Part shown: piece by piece, positions 59,327 to 64,000 of the stretch | How positions within the stretch are numbered: position 1 is the first letter of the stretch | How the letters are laid out: each line of letters opens with the position of its first letter | Source: Auanema rhodensis | Taxonomy: Eukaryota > Animalia > Nematoda | Assembly: GCA_964057225.1 (NCBI GenBank) | Contig: OZ059899.1 | Span: 15,190,001-15,254,000 of the forward strand | Direction of reading: 5' to 3' | Length of the DNA stretch: 64,000 bases | Position numbers and translations under genes: made by a program | The notes under the pieces: generated by a model | What the model saw: only the letters and a program-made list of their open reading frames with translations | Databases searched by the model: none | Told to the model about the DNA's origin: nothing

Positions 59327-62300
59327 CTTTCTGAAATTGTTCAAGTTAGCATATACAAATTCAAGAGACAAAATGTTTGAGTAAAAAATACAAAAAAAAC
59401 GAAAAATTAGAAAACGAATACAAGACTTTAGAAAAGGTACTCATAATATTAGGCAAATGGTTGTCACAGAACTACGGAAGGAATTTCCCAACAATTATAC
59501 TGCGCACAAGGCACAAAAGCGTTGTTATGCAAGAAGGGAGGTAACGAATTATGACCCAAATTTTGATTTCTAACAGTGAAAACTTGAAGTTCTCCGACGA
59601 GATCATTATGAAAACATGAAAGATGTTCTAGATGAAACAAAAGCAATGTTGTGATTAATAAACAGATATTCTTCATCATTGATTTTTGCTACATCAATTT
59701 TATTGTGAGCATGTTTTTAAGTTACATGGGTTGTCCAATTTTTAACAAAAAAAGACAATTAAGAAAAAAAGGTAACCAGAAAAGGAGAGGAAGAAGATAA
59801 ATACGGCAGAAACAGCGTGCAAAACTTCAGATAATGTGTTGTGATAATGGGCAAGTGACCTATGCTGATAAATTAGGTGTCCAAATCGGCGGCATGAAAG
59901 AAAAGTTTGTAATAGCAACGACGCAAGTGCTGACAGATGGAGCTTGCTAGTAGATGGAATAAGAATGTAGTAGACATGGAAACTGAAGAAAAAGTATGAG
60001 GCACAATTGGCAGCATAAAAAGGAAATGAGAAAATGCTGTAGCTCTATCTCAATGCGTAAAATCAGACGGGATAGAAAGCTAGACAGCAAAAAGTGCTTA
60101 TTCAAATCGTAGTAATATGCAGAGAAAAAGCAAAACAGGATATAAAATCAATATTGGTTAAATAAAGAAAGTGTTAGCTTGCTAGACACTGTTGTGCCAA
60201 AGACACATTACTAACAGATGTTGGTCGATCAGACAAGAAAAGGGAGATGGTGAATATGCAGCAGTTCCTTAGTGGCCGGACTATGATGGACAGAGAGAGA
60301 ATGCCAGTACATCAGTAAATATTCCCAATTTTAACGAGAAGGATGCAGAACTTGAGTTGAAAACCAAAGATATGAGAGAGGAGAAGCTAAAAGAGTTATA
60401 ATTCCCAAACATATTAAAAGAAAACAAGAAAAACACAAAAGAAAATCAATCGGGATAAGAAAAAAGAGCGCTCGCCTCGGCAGAGAAATACTAACAAAAG
60501 CAATAAAACACCACACTACAAGCTGCCGAATTTCGGAGAAGCGAAAAATCATGGTGAAGATGAGTGCATGCCGACATAAAACTATATATTCGTATGTTCA
60601 TCCAAAACGAGATGTTTTGTGACAAGACGTACACCAATATTGTGACAACTCTGCACAGCATCATAAGATGTCAAACTGACCTACATGTGTATGTATATAA
60701 CAATAACAAAGAATTAGTAAGAATATGCAGTCGATAAACCTTTGGCTGTCACCAGAAATGGGTAAAAGCTTCGCTGTTATATCTCATGAGCTTGAAAGAA
60801 AGACACCAATGAATGGAGCAGAAACCAGGTTCGATTAATGAACAATAAATCAAAGTAAGCGGAAGATAGAGATACAGATTGATAGGGAAAAAGAGAACAA
60901 GGCAGAAAGCAGGCAAAAGAAGTCGGACAGAGGAAAATGCGAGTAGAAGAAAAGATGCAGCCGGTCAATACCCAAATCTAAAAAAAAATGAAAACATTTG
61001 ATTTACGTCAAATTTGAACGCACTCTTCTGGTATCAATATTACGAAGAGTAATTGGAAACTTGCAACCACATAACATATTGCATGTCTTTTCAAATATTA
61101 CAGGTGAAGGATGAGTAGAAATGAGGAAAAAACGCTATTCTATCCAATACAGGACAGGAAAGAGCGAGTGGAGTAAAGGTAGACACAATTAGATAGGCCA
61201 ATCGACTCAACCCTACGCCGCCAACCTGAATCACATTAGACATCGGAGAACGAATAGTGGGATATGCAGATTAACTAGATCGACAAAGATATGATATATA
61301 CTCGGCCTATTTTGAAATAAAAGTTGAATTTCGAAAAAAGGATGCATAAGATGATAGAATTCTAGTCGAATCTACCAAGGAGAGCATCTTGCAAATATTC
61401 TTCCAACTAAAAACAACTAAAGATGGAAAGAAAAGCCATCCAAATTTTGAAAAGAGTAAATTTAGTAAGAGCAGTCTTATTTTTCTTCTTTCTATCTTCC
61501 CGTTTCCTTCACATGCCTTGCCAGCGTCAAAGTCGCAGAAATCCCTTCGAACCGATTAAGGACACACATACACATTCTCAAAACGAAGCGTCAGGCATAG
61601 CTAGAATGTTATGTCGATAGCAGAATTATAAATGAAATTGAGATGTCCGCGGATCTCCCCACCACAACGAGCTATCTGGCAAGGCAATGCAAAAAGATTG
61701 TCAACCATGTTCAATATAAAATATATAAGAGAGCAAGAACAATTAAGAGAGTGGTAGAAAGGGAGGATTGCAATAAAAAAACCAACAAAATCTATTTCAT
61801 ATATAATTTCTTGTTATTAGTAGTAGTCAGACAAAGAAACTTATACCTATTACTCGTTTTCGAAAGTGCAACTCATGCAGGCATCGTGAAGCTGAGTAAG
61901 AATATTGAGTGAAAGACCAAGACTAATGGAGTAAAAGGGGAAGAAAAAGAGAAAAGAACGAGCAAGCTCTTTGGTTACTAAACGCCGGCATATCACAGAA
62001 GGTCTACAACAAAAAAAACAAAAACGTTCTTGCTTGATTTGAATACAAGAACGACAGCTTTAGCACAAGACAAACCAATTAAAATATATATAATGAACCA
62101 AAGATAGCAAGTCTAGATTAAAGTTTTCAGACAAAATGAGGACATTTCGATCATGTTAAGCTATTAAATGAGCTCTTATAAAACACTGCATTTCTAAGAT
62201 TCTGAAGGATGATTCAAGATGATTAATGATAATTAACAATGAGCGCAATACCCAAAAAAAGAAACTTGATTACAGCACAAGCATACATACAGCGAACAAA

Positions 62301-64000
62301 ATGTACAGATAGAAACACAAAACTTCGTACTTTTCTAAACAAAATTTAACGTTTCATTGAGGATTCAATAATTAGAAGGCACGGAAAAAAATTATATTGA
62401 TTTGAATGACAACTTTAACAACAATTCAGCAAGTAGCATAATCAGTGAGATTTGAAAATCACTGTAAAGGCGCGTAATACTACGGAATAAATGGAACACC
62501 AGTCATGTAATGGGTAGAAGAGAGGGTTGAGTTGAGAAGTATAATGGAAATCAGAATGGTAGACCTTCCGATAATTCATACTCCAGTCTAATCAAAAAAG
62601 ACAGACAGAAGTGCGTTTGTCATGAAAGGATAAAATGAGAAAGATAAGAAAAGGCAGTTAACAAGGAGTCATTATAAAGATTTACAAGGAATATGAAAGG
62701 ATCAGGAAGAGCGAACTAGTCTGACCCATCCACCACATGGCCATACGGAGCAAGCATAGGTTGGGAGGAGAGGCCAGAGAGACGAGAGAACACCTGGAAG
62801 TAAAGGGAGACGAAGAAAAAGAAGAAGAAGGGCTAGCACGCGACTATCGACTTGCCGTATACTAACAATAGAGATAGAGCAAGATAGAAAAGGAAAATAC
62901 CACGATATAGCGTTGCAAATAGGTCTCTCTCTACTACTGCCCCGCATGTTAGTAGTATTTCTCAATATTAATGGGTGTTAAAGGACATGAGGCAAGAATA
63001 TTCAAGACAAGGAAATTATTTGGAGAACCGATGACAACATATGTATTCTAGGCGGAATCAAACTCAAAATTGCAGCTTTTAAATTTGGCAAAAAACACAG
63101 TAGAAGAATAATGCATCTTGAAGGCCAGTATATCCGAGAGAACTTGGACTGTCAACAAGAAAAAAAAAACAAGAAATTTTAAGATTATTTAGTTAGCATA
63201 TATACGCTTGCGTGCAAAAAATATATAAAATGGTCAGCAGAAACAGAATGATTGAACTCATAACTGATAATTAGAAAGTTTCAATAGAATAAAGATGTAT
63301 GGGCTGAAACATGGACAATGGATTGTGATGGTCGTCCGGTACAATACCAAACAATCAATAAGATTGCGAACGTAAGTGACCAGGTAAAAAACCCGCGAAC
63401 TGAAGAAGATGGAGGATGAGGAGGAAAGTTCGAGGAAAGACAGAAACATTATAGGCTGAACTAAACACAATCGTTTTATAAGATCCGCAAAATGGAAATA
63501 GAAATGAAAGATAGATATGAAGAGTATAGATAAAGAGAGAGAGATTAAGAAAAGAGAGAATCATTTAGTTGAAAATTTCGTAGTGAACAAGGAATAACTG
63601 ATTAAATTGAAAAATGTTGACATAACATTTTGAAAGGTTGGAGGGGAATTTGTAAAGCCAAAATCGTAACTATAAAACAAGGATCATATTTCAGGCAGCA
63701 CGTATTGATTCCACTCATTGATAAAAAGCACTCTCGAATAGCAACATCCTCAGAAGAGAAAAGAATAAAGAAACGATATGAAAAGCAATAATGGATACAT
63801 GACGATTCTTGAAGAAAGCATTCGGTAATGTATGAAATCAACAAGTACAATCTATGGGGTTATCAAAGTCGTGACTAACTATCTTGTCAACTTTGCCAGC
63901 TATAACAAACTTCTTCTCTAACATAGGAGGCAAAGCCGTCAGAGGTCTATAAAGCAATCAAATTGGATTAAAAACAATATTATTCTTGAAACTAGAATGA

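Noticed and set aside
59330-64000. Short ORFs and possible LAG-1/CSL autoregulatory sites upstream of the Mastermind-like gene
   Set aside because: The ORFs are low-complexity artefacts of purine-rich DNA; only imperfect TTGGGAA matches were noticed.

Overview
AT-rich, gene-dense eukaryotic DNA from a rhabditid (Caenorhabditis-like, species not identifiable) nematode, with most introns about 40-55 nt. Splicing by eye gives 18 protein-coding genes: mgl-2, maf-1, a minus-strand trio of small genes (CEBPZOS-like, an unknown 57-aa membrane peptide, cox-19), ctf-8, PIG-U, glb-26, UBR7, a probable operon vpr-1/eIF4A3/ZDHHC3-7/GPAA1, noah-1, BOP1, two tandem copies of smc-3, xpb-1 and a Q-rich Mastermind/LAG-3-like gene. 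A mariner-type MITE and microsatellites are also present. Most notable: (1) a 5,166-bp near-identical tandem smc-3 duplication with diverged flanks; (2) a small-ORF cluster with only 33 nt between two cistrons, missed by the ORF track; (3) a LAG-3-like protein whose N-terminal helix aligns ungapped to canonical Mastermind; (4) a recurring palindrome ACGTGAA-n-TTCACGT, often in unusually long introns; (5) relaxed 3' splice sites (many AAG, one GAG). Gene names come from recalled protein motifs, not database searches. Spans run from first to last coding base and include introns.
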